Notes: generated by a model from the sequence alone, not told the origin. A stretch of DNA of 64,000 bases from Patescibacteria group bacterium (GCA_019752595.1 JAIELV010000001.1:120486-184485); one strand, 5' to 3'; positions 27,054 to 37,634 are shown, numbered from the stretch's first letter. Numbers and translations: made by a program.

Positions 27054-28754
27054 ATGTTTCAGTTTCTAAAAAGAAAAAGAGAGTACCAGGCGATAGAGCC
27101 TGACGAAATATTGATTGACGCTGCAAACTTGCCTGCGTATGACACGACGCGTTTGGAGGGGAAAATAGAGCGACCGATAGCACCAAGCACATTTTCTATT
27201 TTCTCTGTACTCATCCTTCTCTTACTAATTATTTTTTCAGGACAGCTCGTGTACCTACAGGTAGTTGAGCATGATTCGTTTATTGCACGAGCTGAGGAGA
27301 ACCGTTTGTCGCATTCTTCAGTTATTGCCGAACGAGGCCTTATTCTCGACAGAAATGGAGAGGTTTTTGCGGAAAACATTCCAGGAGAAACGCCGACATC
27401 AACACCGAAACGAGCGTATCCACTTGGAGAGTCGGCGTCAGTTATTGTTGGATACGTTTCATATCCAAAACAGGATCACAATGGCTACTGGTATCAGGAT
27501 CAGACAGTTGGCGTTTCAGGCATAGAACTTCTTTTGAATGAGAATTTGCAGGGTAAAAACGGTATTCGCATAGCTGAGACAGATGCAAAAGGAAATACAG
27601 TTTCGGGTTCAATTGTGAGAAATCCGCAAGCTGGTGATGATGTGATTCTGACGCTTGATGCAGGTATACAAGAGGCCTTCTATAACGCCATCAAAACGCG
27701 CGCGCAGAACGCAGGCTGGCAAGGCGGAACAGGAACCATTCTCGACATAGAAACAGGTGAAATACTTGCAGTAGTGAGCTACCCCTCATACGACCCCGAA
27801 GTCATGTCGTACGGGGAGCCAAAAGAAGAAGTTGAACGACTGTTGTCTGACTCGCGCTCACCGTTTTTAGATAGGGCCGTTGCTGGGTTGTACACGCCAG
27901 GATCGGTGGTAAAGCCGTTTGTTGCGATAGCCGCATTGGAAGAAGCAGTTATTTCTCCTCAAAAGAGCATTCTTTCAACAGGTTCGATTTCTATACCAAA
28001 TCCGTACGATCCCGAGAAACCGTCGGTCTTTAAAGACTGGAAAGCGCACGGGTGGGTAGACATGCGCCACGCGCTTGCTGTTTCTTCGGACGTTTATTTT
28101 TACGCAATCGGTGGCGGATACAAAGATCAGCAAGGATTGGGAATTGCAGCCATAGAAAAATATATGCGCCTTTTTGGTTTCGCAACTCCTACAGGTTTTT
28201 CGATTCCTGGTGAAGAGGTGGGGGTCATTCCGAATCCCGAATGGAAAGCAGAAACATTTGACGGCGAACGATGGTTTCTCGGAAACACGTACCATACGGC
28301 AATCGGGCAATACGGCTTCCAGTTGACCTTGATGCAGCTTGTGCGCGCTACTGCAGCGCTCGCAAATGGCGGGACACTCGTTGCGCCCGTTATTACACAA
28401 GCAGAAGCGGAAGAGAAGAAAAAAGAAAAAATTTCACTCCCACTTGATCAATCTGCACTAGAGATTGTTCGCGAAGGAATGCGTCTTGCGGTTACTGAAG
28501 GTACCGCGACCGCGCTTGCGGTGCCTGGTGTGCGAGTTGCTGGAAAAACAGGAACAGCAGAAGTGGGAGTTCGCAAAGAATTTATCAACTCATTAGTCAT
28601 CGGATTTTTTCCTGCGGATGCACCAAAATACGCATTTGCGGTCGCCATGGAGCGCGCAAAGGCAGGAACGGGAGTTGGCGCGCCTGCGGTTATGGGTGAT
28701 GTTTTGCGCTATTTAGTTGAACACAGAAAGGAGATGGTTGACGCTGGGCAGTAA
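27054..28754 (+). CDS. mrdA: Penicillin-binding protein 2
   Basis: RG.I.DRNG; PGSVVK, SSD, KTGT motifs. Confidence 0.92.
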   Translation: MFQFLKRKREYQAIEPDEILIDAANLPAYDTTRLEGKIERPIAPSTFSIFSVLILLLLIIFSGQLVYLQVVEHDSFIARAEENRLSHSSVIAERGLILDRNGEVFAENIPGETPTSTPKRAYPLGESASVIVGYVSYPKQDHNGYWYQDQTVGVSGIELLLNENLQGKNGIRIAETDAKGNTVSGSIVRNPQAGDDVILTLDAGIQEAFYNAIKTRAQNAGWQGGTGTILDIETGEILAVVSYPSYDPEVMSYGEPKEEVERLLSDSRSPFLDRAVAGLYTPGSVVKPFVAIAALEEAVISPQKSILSTGSISIPNPYDPEKPSVFKDWKAHGWVDMRHALAVSSDVYFYAIGGGYKDQQGLGIAAIEKYMRLFGFATPTGFSIPGEEVGVIPNPEWKAETFDGERWFLGNTYHTAIGQYGFQLTLMQLVRATAALANGGTLVAPVITQAEAEEKKKEKISLPLDQSALEIVREGMRLAVTEGTATALAVPGVRVAGKTGTAEVGVRKEFINSLVIGFFPADAPKYAFAVAMERAKAGTGVGAPAVMGDVLRYLVEHRKEMVDAGQ

Positions 28755-28780
28755 TCATATACACTGTGCCAACAGTACCT

Positions 28781-29269
28781 ATGAAAAAAACAAAAGCAGG
28801 CGCACTCGAAGAAGAAAACCTTCTTACTCAGGAAAAATTTGATGAATTAAAGGAAGAATTAGAACGCCTCACCACAACCACGCGAAAAGAAATTGCGGAG
28901 AGTTTGGAATACGCGCGGTCTTTGGGCGATCTTTCAGAGAACGCAGAATACCAGGCAGCACGAGAACTTCAGGCAGCAACAGAGGAGCGCATCCGACGGC
29001 TTGAACATATCATCAAATCAGCCGTTATTATTTCTGAAAAGAAAAAAGGCGTCGCAGGTTTTGGTTCGAAAGTAACTATAAAAAAGAAAGGGGAGAAAGA
29101 AACACATGCGTACACTATTGTTGGTTCAGAAGAAGCAAATATGCGTGATCAAAAAATCTCACATCTCTCACCGTTAGGACAAGCATTGATGGGTAAGAAG
29201 AAAGGTGAAACATTTACGTTTGCAACCCCGAACGGACGTCAGGAATACACGGTCGTTGAAATAGCGTAG
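28781..29269 (+). CDS. greA: Transcription elongation factor GreA
   Basis: GDLSENAEY; ISHLSPLGQAL. Confidence 0.95.
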   Translation: MKKTKAGALEEENLLTQEKFDELKEELERLTTTTRKEIAESLEYARSLGDLSENAEYQAARELQAATEERIRRLEHIIKSAVIISEKKKGVAGFGSKVTIKKKGEKETHAYTIVGSEEANMRDQKISHLSPLGQALMGKKKGETFTFATPNGRQEYTVVEIA

Positions 29270-29276
29270 TTTTTCG

Positions 29277-29555
29277 ATGTCAGAAACGAGCGTTGAAAGA
29301 GAAGGTTCACTCTTAAAGTCTATTCGCGAATGGGTTCCCTTTATTGGGGCTCGTAACGGCGATGAGCTTGAAGTAGTGTACGGACATCTCAAGAGTCCGA
29401 AGGTCGCCACTGGAGTGTGCGAGATCAGAGTCAGATCTGCAAAAAATGCGGACAGTATTACGGGCCTCATGGTTGGAGAAACTCTTTTCACCCCGCACGT
29501 ACGGATTCAATCTATGCGGATAATTTCTCGAAAAGAAACGGGAACCGATATCTGA
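29277..29555 (+). CDS. Hypothetical protein
   Basis: Orphan ORF between greA and lysS. Confidence 0.5.
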   Translation: MSETSVEREGSLLKSIREWVPFIGARNGDELEVVYGHLKSPKVATGVCEIRVRSAKNADSITGLMVGETLFTPHVRIQSMRIISRKETGTDI

Positions 29556-29567
29556 TACGATACACAG

Positions 29568-31160
29568 ATGTTTTGGCTTGACCGTATTTATGGGCAAATA
29601 GAGAAAGCGATTCCTGAAAAATTGAAATCAGGAGAAACGCTTTTGGTGCGTGATGAAAAAACGCCTTCGGGGCGTGTACACATTGGCAATATGCGCTCCT
29701 TAGCATTTCACGCCGCAATGTGGGAGCGCTTGCGTGAAGCAGGAATTCCTGCAGATTTCAAATTTGAAATCAACGACTTTGATCCGATGGATGGTTTACC
29801 TGTATATCTTGATGAGGCTGAATATCGCCAGCACATGGGCAAGCCGTTATACAACATTCCTTCTCCAGAACCAGATGTTGCGCCGAATTTTGCCGAATAC
29901 TACGCAAAGGAATATATTGATGCAATTCATGACGCAGGGTTTACTCCAGTCTTTTATCGTTCGAGTGAATTGTACCTTGCGGGGAAGATGAATGATGCCA
30001 TTCGTATTTCTCTTGAGAAAGCAGACGTTATCAGAAAAATTTACAAAGAAATATCGGGCGCAGACCGTCCATCTGACTGGCACGCGCTTTCGGTTGTGTG
30101 TGAGAATTGCGGGAAGATAGGAACGACGAAAGTAAGTGCGTTTGACGGAGAGAAAGTGACGTATGCGTGTTATCCGACAGCAGTGAAGTGGGCAGAAGGC
30201 TGTGGACACAAAGGGCAGGTGTCTCCGTTTAATGGAAATGCAAAATTGCCATGGAAGGTTGAGTGGGCTGCAAAGTGGTTTGTGAACGGCGTTGACGTTG
30301 AAGGCGGAGGCAAGGATCACTATTCAAAAGGTGGTGCTCGTGATGTCGCACGTCATATTTCAGAAGAAGTGTTTGGATACAAAGAGCCCTTTGGTATGCA
30401 AAACGAATATTTCCTCTACGGTGGTGAAAAAATGTCTTCATCAAAAGGAAAGGGTTCATCTTCTCGTGATGTAGTAAATCTTGTACCGCAACACATCTTC
30501 AGACTTGCGCTCTACGGGAAGGATATTAATCAGCAGATTAACTTTGATCCCAACGGAGACATGATTCCTGTTCTTTTTGATCAGTACGACAAAATCGCGG
30601 AGAAATATTGGGCAGGTATTACTGACGACGATACACGTCTGTTTCTGTACACCCATACGCCAGAGAAGCGCGCACATATAGAAAAAAGATTTCTCCCGCG
30701 TTTTTCACAGGTTGCGTTTTTGGTACAGATGCCGCATTTAAATTTCGAAACTGAAATAGAACGCCTAAAGGGGGGGTCGCTTACGGATGCCGATAAAAAG
30801 GAAGCACAAGAACGCGCACACTATGCAAAACACTGGCTCAAGGTCGCAGCGGACGAAGAGTTTGTATTTACGCTTGCTGAGGACGCAGTGCCCGAAGCAG
30901 TGAAAGCTTTGTCAGATGACCAGAAAAATGCCCTAAAAGAGGTCCTGGCGTACGTGGAGGCCAACCCAGTGCTCGAGGGGCAGGCGCTCCATACGGAGCT
31001 TCATGAGATACGCAAACGCCTGAATATCGACGCGAAGGCCTTTTTCGGGGCAATATATCTGTCGTTTTTAGGTAAAGACCACGGACCAAAAGTTGGGTGG
31101 TTTTTGAGCGTCCTGGATCGCAACTTCCTTATCAGTCGTCTTAAAGAAACAACTGTTTGA
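29568..31160 (+). CDS. lysS: Lysine--tRNA ligase, class I
   Basis: PSGRVHIGN, KLPWKVEW, GKDH, KMSSSKG. Confidence 0.93.
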   Translation: MFWLDRIYGQIEKAIPEKLKSGETLLVRDEKTPSGRVHIGNMRSLAFHAAMWERLREAGIPADFKFEINDFDPMDGLPVYLDEAEYRQHMGKPLYNIPSPEPDVAPNFAEYYAKEYIDAIHDAGFTPVFYRSSELYLAGKMNDAIRISLEKADVIRKIYKEISGADRPSDWHALSVVCENCGKIGTTKVSAFDGEKVTYACYPTAVKWAEGCGHKGQVSPFNGNAKLPWKVEWAAKWFVNGVDVEGGGKDHYSKGGARDVARHISEEVFGYKEPFGMQNEYFLYGGEKMSSSKGKGSSSRDVVNLVPQHIFRLALYGKDINQQINFDPNGDMIPVLFDQYDKIAEKYWAGITDDDTRLFLYTHTPEKRAHIEKRFLPRFSQVAFLVQMPHLNFETEIERLKGGSLTDADKKEAQERAHYAKHWLKVAADEEFVFTLAEDAVPEAVKALSDDQKNALKEVLAYVEANPVLEGQALHTELHEIRKRLNIDAKAFFGAIYLSFLGKDHGPKVGWFLSVLDRNFLISRLKETTV

Positions 31161-31194
31161 CGAGACGGGTTTTCGGGAGTATATCCTTAGCACC

Positions 31195-31380
31195 ATGGGA
31201 GACAGACAGATAGCAGCTCAGGAGGGTCGAAGATGGGTTTTTATGGCCCAGGAAGGCCCGTATCCCGAGCATTGCAACGGAAACGGCTTAGTATATGTGC
31301 ACAATGTCGGGGAGACGCTTTTGCCCCGTGCCTGCAACAATGGTGTTGGTTGTAAAAACTGTACAGAAAGAAAGCAATAA
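31195..31380 (+). CDS. Small Cys-rich hypothetical protein
   Basis: C..C.C..C pattern; -10-like box upstream. Confidence 0.45.
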   Translation: MGDRQIAAQEGRRWVFMAQEGPYPEHCNGNGLVYVHNVGETLLPRACNNGVGCKNCTERKQ

Positions 31381-31448
31381 AGCATTTTTAAGAAGTCGGT
31401 ATGCATGACAGGCGGTCCCAAAGACCGCTTTTTCTGTTGTCTTTTGTA

Positions 31449-31516
31449 GTGTGGATAAGAACCGCAAAGTGGGATGAAGTAGCATAGAATTACATCTATG
31501 TGGGATGAAGTGGGAT
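31449..31516 (+). promoter_or_regulatory. MraZ operator (GTGGG direct repeats)
   Basis: GTGGGATGAA repeats with 10-bp period upstream of mraZ. Confidence 0.75.
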
Positions 31517-31541
31517 AACCCATTTTCTCTCTATTTTCATC

Positions 31542-31976
31542 ATGTTGATAGGCGAATACCAGCACACACTCGATCCGAAAAAACGCCTGTCGTTGCCGTC
31601 AAAATTTCGTAAAGAATTAGGCAAAACCGTTATCGTCACACGAGGACTTGATCACTGCTTGTTTGTTTTTTCCGCACCTGCGTGGAAAAAACTCGCTGCA
31701 AAATTTTCTGATCTTTCAATCGGTTCATCTGACACGCGTGGATTTAATCGATTCATGCTTTCGGGTGCTGTTGATACGGAAGTGGATTCCGCGGGTCGCA
31801 TTTTAATTCCTGATTACTTGAAAGACTTTGCAGGTCTCAAAACTGATGTGGTGGTAGCAGGTGTGAATGACCGCGTCGAAGTCTGGGACAAAAAACAGTG
31901 GGAGACATACAAAACACAAATTGAATCGCAGGGCGATGCGATGGCAGCGAAATTGGGAGAAATAGGCGTCATATAA
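31542..31976 (+). CDS. mraZ: Transcriptional regulator MraZ
   Basis: GEYQHTLDPKKRL; DSAGRILIP; VEVWD. Confidence 0.95.
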   Translation: MLIGEYQHTLDPKKRLSLPSKFRKELGKTVIVTRGLDHCLFVFSAPAWKKLAAKFSDLSIGSSDTRGFNRFMLSGAVDTEVDSAGRILIPDYLKDFAGLKTDVVVAGVNDRVEVWDKKQWETYKTQIESQGDAMAAKLGEIGVI

Positions 31977-31979
31977 ATC

Positions 31980-32915
31980 ATGAAAGACAACGCACACATC
32001 ACTGTTCTTTTGTCGGAAACCGTCGAAGCGTTGAATCTTTCAAAAAACGACACGGCGATTGATGCCACAGTAGGCGCAGGCGGACATTCAGCAAAGATTG
32101 CTGAAAAAATAGGGAAGGGAACATTGCTCGTCATTGATGCCGATGAATCTTCACTTGCACTTTCGCGTGAAAGGCTGAGCGATGCTGACGCCAAAGTTAT
32201 TTACGTACAGGGAAATTTCAGAAACATTAAAAAACTTGCACATGAAGCAGGCGTCACAAGCGCTGAAGGAATTGTGTTTGACCTCGGCTGGCGCTCTGAA
32301 CAATTAAACTCGGGTAGGGGATTTTCTTTCAAAGCCGATGAACCGCTTTTGATGACGCTCTCGTCGCGCATTGAGGAAGGGATGTTGACGGCAAAAGATA
32401 TTATTGCCGATTGGGACGAGGAAGAAATTGCAAAAATTATTCGCGAGTACGGTGAAGAACGTTTTTCAGGACGCATTGCGCGGGCAATTGTAGAAGCGCG
32501 AAGAAATAATCCGATACATACCGCAAAGGAATTAGCCGATGTTATTTCCGAAGTCGTCCCTGCATTTTACAGAAATGGTCGCATTCACCCTGCGACACGC
32601 ACGTTCCAAGCGTTGCGTATTGCGGTGAACGATGAATTAGGTGCTCTGAAAGAAGCGCTTTCTGAGGCGATGAACTTACTTTCAGAAAACGGACGCGTAG
32701 CGGTTATTTCATTTCATAGCCTTGAGGACAGAATTGTGAAGCATGCGTTTAAAGAAGCAGAAGATGCGGGTATAGGCGTGCGTATTACTAAAAAACCGAT
32801 TGTTCCAGAGCGTGAGGAGCAATTACGAAACGCGAGAGCTCGGAGCGCAAAGTTACGAATTTTTGAAAAACAACAGATACAAAAAACAAAAAAAGCATAT
32901 GGGAAGAAAAATTAG
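31980..32915 (+). CDS. rsmH: 16S rRNA m4C1402 methyltransferase
   Basis: H..VLL.E; DATVGAGGHS; HPATRTFQALRIAVN; SFHSLEDR; RSAKLR. Confidence 0.95.
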   Translation: MKDNAHITVLLSETVEALNLSKNDTAIDATVGAGGHSAKIAEKIGKGTLLVIDADESSLALSRERLSDADAKVIYVQGNFRNIKKLAHEAGVTSAEGIVFDLGWRSEQLNSGRGFSFKADEPLLMTLSSRIEEGMLTAKDIIADWDEEEIAKIIREYGEERFSGRIARAIVEARRNNPIHTAKELADVISEVVPAFYRNGRIHPATRTFQALRIAVNDELGALKEALSEAMNLLSENGRVAVISFHSLEDRIVKHAFKEAEDAGIGVRITKKPIVPEREEQLRNARARSAKLRIFEKQQIQKTKKAYGKKN

Positions 32916-33270
32916 ACAAATCATGGACGGAGAAGTGGCACTCCCGTTCCGCACTAAGGATGCGGGGATTTTGTCGTTCATCACACCCATTCAACAGAAA
33001 GCATTCTTCGTTAGTGGCATTCTTTTTGTACTCCTTTCGGTACTCTATGTATATTCAGTTATTGCGTCTGTAATGCACGTTGCCGCACGCGAAGAGCTTA
33101 CCTTTGAAGCCACACGTCTTTCATCAGAAGTTGCACGCCTTGAAGCAGAGTATTTGTCGCGCACAGAGGGAATTACCGAATCATTTGCGCGGGAACGAGG
33201 GTACACATCGATTTCAAGCCGTTCGTTTGTTGAACGCACGTCAAGCGTCACATTCAACAATGCGCGCTAG
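32899..33270 (+). CDS. FtsL-like cell division protein
   Basis: TM plus coiled coil; located between rsmH and ftsI. Confidence 0.65.
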   Translation: MGRKIRQIMDGEVALPFRTKDAGILSFITPIQQKAFFVSGILFVLLSVLYVYSVIASVMHVAAREELTFEATRLSSEVARLEAEYLSRTEGITESFARERGYTSISSRSFVERTSSVTFNNAR

Positions 33271-33281
33271 AATAGCGTGAT

Positions 33282-35009
33282 ATGAGATCTCGGTTTGCGT
33301 TCCGTGTGCGCCTGATTGCAATCGGGTGTGCGATTATAGCGCTCATCCTCCTGGTTCGACTGTACGATCTACAGGTAGTGAAAGGGAAGGAATACCGAGA
33401 ACGTGCTGAGGCGCAGTATGTAAAGCAGAGCCCCAACCAAGTTGATCGTGGTTCTATTTTCTTTACCTCAAAAGACGGCGCATTAATTTCAGCAGCAGCA
33501 GTTGCAAACGGATATACACTCTCCATAAATCCAAAACTTCTCAAAAACCCCGAAGAAGCCTACGCGGCTCTTTCGAAACACGTTCCCACAATAGAACGTG
33601 ACGCGTTCATGATTTCTGCCCAGAAAATTGACGATACCTACGAAGAAGTGGCACGTCGTGTGAAAGACGAAGAGGGGAAAGCGATAACCGCTCTTAAAAT
33701 CCCTGGTGTGTCAGTATTACGCGAGACATGGCGGTATTACCCTGGAGAAGAGCTCGCGTCCCACGTTGTGGGTTTTATGGGGTATGGAGAGGGAGATACG
33801 CTTCGTGGACAGTACGGATTAGAGCGTTTTTATGACGACATCCTTGCAAAAACAGAAGAAGGTCTGTATGTGAACTTCTTTGCGGATTTGTTTACCAATA
33901 TTCGTTCAGAGATATCAGATGGTGAAGCGCCGCCTGGGGCAGATTTAGTTATTTCTATTGAGCCGTCGGTACAGCAACATTTGGAAGGTGTATTAACGCG
34001 CTATCAAAAAGCATGGAATCCGAAAACGGTGGGAGGAATTATTATGGATCCCAAAACTGGTGCAATTTTGGCGATGGCAGCAAAGCCCGACTTTGACCCG
34101 AACGGACTTGGTGATACGAATGTTTCCTCGCTTTCAAACCCACTAGTTGAAAGTGTGTACGAATTTGGTTCAACAATGAAGCCTTTGACCGTCGCAGCAG
34201 GGATTGACGCAGGCGTGGTGACGCCGACATCAACGTACAACGATAAAGGTTCAGCGACATTTGATAAATCAACAATTTACAATTACGACCTCAAAGCGCG
34301 CGGGGTGGTGTCTATGCAGGAAGTGTTGAATCAATCATTAAACACGGGGGTTGCGCATATAGTTTCAAAATTGGGAACCCAGCGCTTCAAAGAATATTTT
34401 ATTAAATACGGCGTCACTGAAGAAACAGGCATTGATCTTCCGAACGAAGAATCTCCGCTCGTTTCAGGTTTTGAAAGTCCGCGTACGATTGAATACGTCA
34501 CTGCTTCATTCGGTCAAGGAATCGCGCTCACACCGATAGCCATGACCCGTGCACTTGCGGTTCTTGCGAATCACGGTGAATTGCCCGATCCGCATGTTGG
34601 CGTTGAATTAGACTATGGGGGAGGTATAAAAAAGAAAATAGGGTGGTCTCCCGAACGGCAGGCTATTTCTCCTGAATCTGCAGAGAAAGTCACTCGAATG
34701 CTTGTTGAGGTGGTAGACACGTCTCTAAAAGGCGGTACGGTGATGATTCCTGAATATGCTGTTGCTGCAAAAACAGGTACCGCGCAGATTGCAAAACAAG
34801 GAGAACGCGGGTATTACGACGACAGGTACCTTCACTCTTTCTTTGGCTATTTTCCTGCGTATGAACCAAAGTTTATTATCTTTCTCTTTGCATCAGAACC
34901 CAAAGGAGCGAAGTTTGCTTCAGAAACATGGACAGATCCGTTTATGGAAGCTGTTAAATTTCTTATAAACTATTACAATATCCCTCCAGACCGTCCTCAA
35001 TACGAATAA
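33282..35009 (+). CDS. ftsI: Division transpeptidase (PBP3/FtsI)
   Basis: GSTMK, SLN, KTGT motifs; dcw context. Confidence 0.88.
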   Translation: MRSRFAFRVRLIAIGCAIIALILLVRLYDLQVVKGKEYRERAEAQYVKQSPNQVDRGSIFFTSKDGALISAAAVANGYTLSINPKLLKNPEEAYAALSKHVPTIERDAFMISAQKIDDTYEEVARRVKDEEGKAITALKIPGVSVLRETWRYYPGEELASHVVGFMGYGEGDTLRGQYGLERFYDDILAKTEEGLYVNFFADLFTNIRSEISDGEAPPGADLVISIEPSVQQHLEGVLTRYQKAWNPKTVGGIIMDPKTGAILAMAAKPDFDPNGLGDTNVSSLSNPLVESVYEFGSTMKPLTVAAGIDAGVVTPTSTYNDKGSATFDKSTIYNYDLKARGVVSMQEVLNQSLNTGVAHIVSKLGTQRFKEYFIKYGVTEETGIDLPNEESPLVSGFESPRTIEYVTASFGQGIALTPIAMTRALAVLANHGELPDPHVGVELDYGGGIKKKIGWSPERQAISPESAEKVTRMLVEVVDTSLKGGTVMIPEYAVAAKTGTAQIAKQGERGYYDDRYLHSFFGYFPAYEPKFIIFLFASEPKGAKFASETWTDPFMEAVKFLINYYNIPPDRPQYE

Positions 35010-35013
35010 CAAA

Positions 35014-36315
35014 ATGGACAATATAAAAGAATTCATCCGTTCTCTCGTTGTGTGTATTTTGACTGCCGAAGCTCGTGCAGTTATTTCCAAATACAAACCG
35101 AACGTTATTTTGGTCACTGGCTCTGTGGGTAAAACTTCGTCAAAAGATGCTGTGTACACGGCGCTCGCGTCATCTTTCTTTATTAGAAGAAGTGAAAAGA
35201 GTTTTAATAGCGACATAGGAGTTCCGCTCACCGTTTTGGGAGTGCCGAATGGGTGGGGGAATCCTGTGCAATGGATTAAAAATATTTTGGAAGGCCTTTC
35301 GTTGATTCTGTTGCAAGCTCCCTATCCAAAATGGCTTGTGTTAGAAATTGGTGCCGATAGACCAGGGGACATTACAAAATCACTTTCCTGGATACACCCG
35401 ACCGTAGTTTTAGGTACGCGCTTTCCGAAAGTGCCCGTACATGTTGAATTTTATGATTCCCCTGAGGAGGTTATTAAAGAAGAATCTGCACCACTCACGT
35501 GGCTTACCCCAGGAGGCACGGCTGTTCTCAACGCTGATGACGAACGTGCTCGGTTTGTTTCTCTCGCTGACGGGGTTAAGAAAATTACCTACGGATTTGA
35601 GCATGACGCTGACGTGCGCGGAATGCGGTACTTGGTTACGTCAAGCAAAAAAATGCCGACGGGTATTTCTTTTGATGTGCAATATGGGGGCGAGAAAGCA
35701 CACGTATCGGTGCCAGGCGTTATCGGAAAAACACACGCACAGGCTGTTCTCTCAGGAATTGCATCTGCAGTTGCAGTTGGCATTCCACTCCACACAGCAA
35801 CCACTGCTTTTGAAAATCATGTGCCGCCTCCTGGACGCACGCGCATCGTGCCTGGGCTTCGCGGTACGACGATTATTGACGACACCTATAACTCTTCTCC
35901 AGTTGCAAGCGAAGAAGCATTAAAAATTCTTGCAGAAGTTCCGCGAACTGGAAGAAGGATTGCGGTGTTGGCAGACATGCTTGAGCTCGGTTCATTTTCG
36001 GTTGTTGAACATACGCGTATCGGTGCTTTGGTGCCTGCGTGCGCAGATATTCTAATTACGTCTGGCGTACGCGCACGTGATACTGCAAAAGGCGCACGCG
36101 ATTCGGGGATGCACCCTGAAGTTGTATTGGAGACAGACAGGGCAGCGGACGCCGCCTCGGCGATTGTTTCAATCATGTCTGAAGGTGACGTAATACTTGT
36201 TAAAGGCTCGCAATCAATGCGTATGGAGAGGGTAGTGAAGTCGTTGATGCTTGAACCTGCAAAAGCAAAAGACCTTTTGGTTCGTCACGATGCGGAGTGG
36301 CTGGCACGGCCATAG
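35014..36315 (+). CDS. murF: UDP-MurNAc-tripeptide--D-Ala-D-Ala ligase
   Basis: TGSVGKTS; IIDDTYNSSP; DMLELG; LVKGSQ.MRME. Confidence 0.92.
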   Translation: MDNIKEFIRSLVVCILTAEARAVISKYKPNVILVTGSVGKTSSKDAVYTALASSFFIRRSEKSFNSDIGVPLTVLGVPNGWGNPVQWIKNILEGLSLILLQAPYPKWLVLEIGADRPGDITKSLSWIHPTVVLGTRFPKVPVHVEFYDSPEEVIKEESAPLTWLTPGGTAVLNADDERARFVSLADGVKKITYGFEHDADVRGMRYLVTSSKKMPTGISFDVQYGGEKAHVSVPGVIGKTHAQAVLSGIASAVAVGIPLHTATTAFENHVPPPGRTRIVPGLRGTTIIDDTYNSSPVASEEALKILAEVPRTGRRIAVLADMLELGSFSVVEHTRIGALVPACADILITSGVRARDTAKGARDSGMHPEVVLETDRAADAASAIVSIMSEGDVILVKGSQSMRMERVVKSLMLEPAKAKDLLVRHDAEWLARP

Positions 36316-36359
36316 GTGAGGTAGGAAAGTTCGTCGCTTTTGTGGTATAAAAATGTTTC

Positions 36360-36439
36360 GGCCCTAGACGCTCCTGCGGAGCTTAATAGGGCTGGCACTC
36401 GGACGGCATGAAAATAAATTTTCGCGCCGCTCCTCGTTT
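36360..36439 (+). repeat. tRNA 5'-leader element (GGCCCTA duplication plus conserved 40-nt motif)
   Basis: Lies between the TGGTATAAA -10 box and tRNA-Glu; motif shared with 6319-6280. Confidence 0.8.
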
Positions 36440-36511
36440 GGCCCTATCGTCTAACGGTTAGGACATCGCCTTCTCAAGGCGGTAATCGGGGTTCGATTCC
36501 CCGTGGGGTCA
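36440..36511 (+). tRNA. tRNA-Glu(CTC)
   Basis: GGCCCTATCGTCTAACGGTTAGGACATCGCC-TTCTCAA-GGCGGTAATCGGGGTTCGATTCCCCGTGGGGTCA cloverleaf. Confidence 0.95.
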
Positions 36512-36695
36512 TGCCGTAAAGAAACGCGCCTGTTCATCAGGCGTCTTTCTTTATGGCATTATGATCGCCTGAAGGCGAGAATCGAAAGACGGAGCGAGCG
36601 TGGCGAGTGAGTCGGGGTCGAGGGCACTTAGTATTTTACGAGCGCTAGGAGTAAAATACTTAGTGAACCGTGACCGATTCCCCGTGGGGTCACCA
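36512..36695 (+). mobile_element. Miniature insertion at the tRNA-Glu 3' end, bounded by an 18-bp direct repeat
   Basis: CGATTCCCCGTGGGGTCA at 36494-36511 and 36675-36692; the second copy is followed by CCA. Confidence 0.75.
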
Positions 36696-36719
36696 CGTAG
36701 AAATAGCGATTGCGAAAAA

Positions 36720-37496
36720 ATGGAGCGTCATAACTTAATTCTCTCTCCGCACTTTGACGATGCAGTGCTCTCACTTGGTGGCCTTTTGGCTAAGGAAGGT
36801 AGCAAATCCACTGTTCTCACTTTCTTTGCAGGAAAACCGCCAAAGTCACGTGCGCACCTCTGGGATTTATTCTGTGGTTTTTTGAATAGTGATGATGCGA
36901 TAAGGGCAAGAGAGAAGGAGAATATACACGCGCTCGAATCTTTGAACGTATCTCAAAGTAATATCGTGAATTTTTCCTTCTTGGGAAAATCATACCGTCG
37001 ATGGTTCGGTGCTTCAGATGAGAAACTAAAGGCAATTATGCTCGCCGAGTTGCTCAAATTCATACGCACACGAGCTTCTGAGGGTCTTAACATTTTTGCT
37101 CCTGCATTAGAGGTGCATAAAGACCATAAACTATTAAAGGCAGTGTTGCTGAGTGCCGTTCCTATATTGAAAAACGAGAACATAAAATTCTTTCTCTATC
37201 AGGACTTGCCGTACTCTTACGTCCTCCCTGCGGGCAAACTAAAACCTGAGCAAGTGTCGAAAAAAGCTCAACTAGAGATAATAACCGTACCCCTTACTCA
37301 GTCGGAGATTGCGAAGAAAGTGTCTGCTATTGAAGCGTACCAGTCGCAATTGGGAACTCTCGCTATGCTTTCTGGCGGAAATCTTGCTTCAAAAATCGAA
37401 CGATTTGCTTCAAAGCAGGCCTCACAGTTTGACGTTTCTACAGGCTACTGCGAAGTGTTGTACGAAGTGACCCAACAAAAACGATCAAAAAATTAA
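36720..37496 (+). CDS. PIG-L/LmbE family deacetylase
   Basis: LSPHFDDAVLS.GG; HKDH; YQDLPY; AY.SQ. Confidence 0.88.
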   Translation: MERHNLILSPHFDDAVLSLGGLLAKEGSKSTVLTFFAGKPPKSRAHLWDLFCGFLNSDDAIRAREKENIHALESLNVSQSNIVNFSFLGKSYRRWFGASDEKLKAIMLAELLKFIRTRASEGLNIFAPALEVHKDHKLLKAVLLSAVPILKNENIKFFLYQDLPYSYVLPAGKLKPEQVSKKAQLEIITVPLTQSEIAKKVSAIEAYQSQLGTLAMLSGGNLASKIERFASKQASQFDVSTGYCEVLYEVTQQKRSKN

Positions 37497-37634
37497 GTTT
37501 TTGTAATTCATAGGTTTTCTCAAAAGCGAGGCATGTAATCGGGTTCCTCGCGAGTCCAACAAACGGTTTTTTATCGCCCGTAACAAGGGTGGTTTGACAA
37601 ACTTAATATATTTATGTAAAACACCTAGAAAATC

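Noticed and set aside
18075-31160. Two mreB copies and a class I LysRS as novelties
   Set aside because: Both are already known in CPR and other bacteria
36600-36719. N-terminal extension of the PIG-L ORF
   Set aside because: Runs through the tRNA repeat element; the ATG at 36720 fits the domain start
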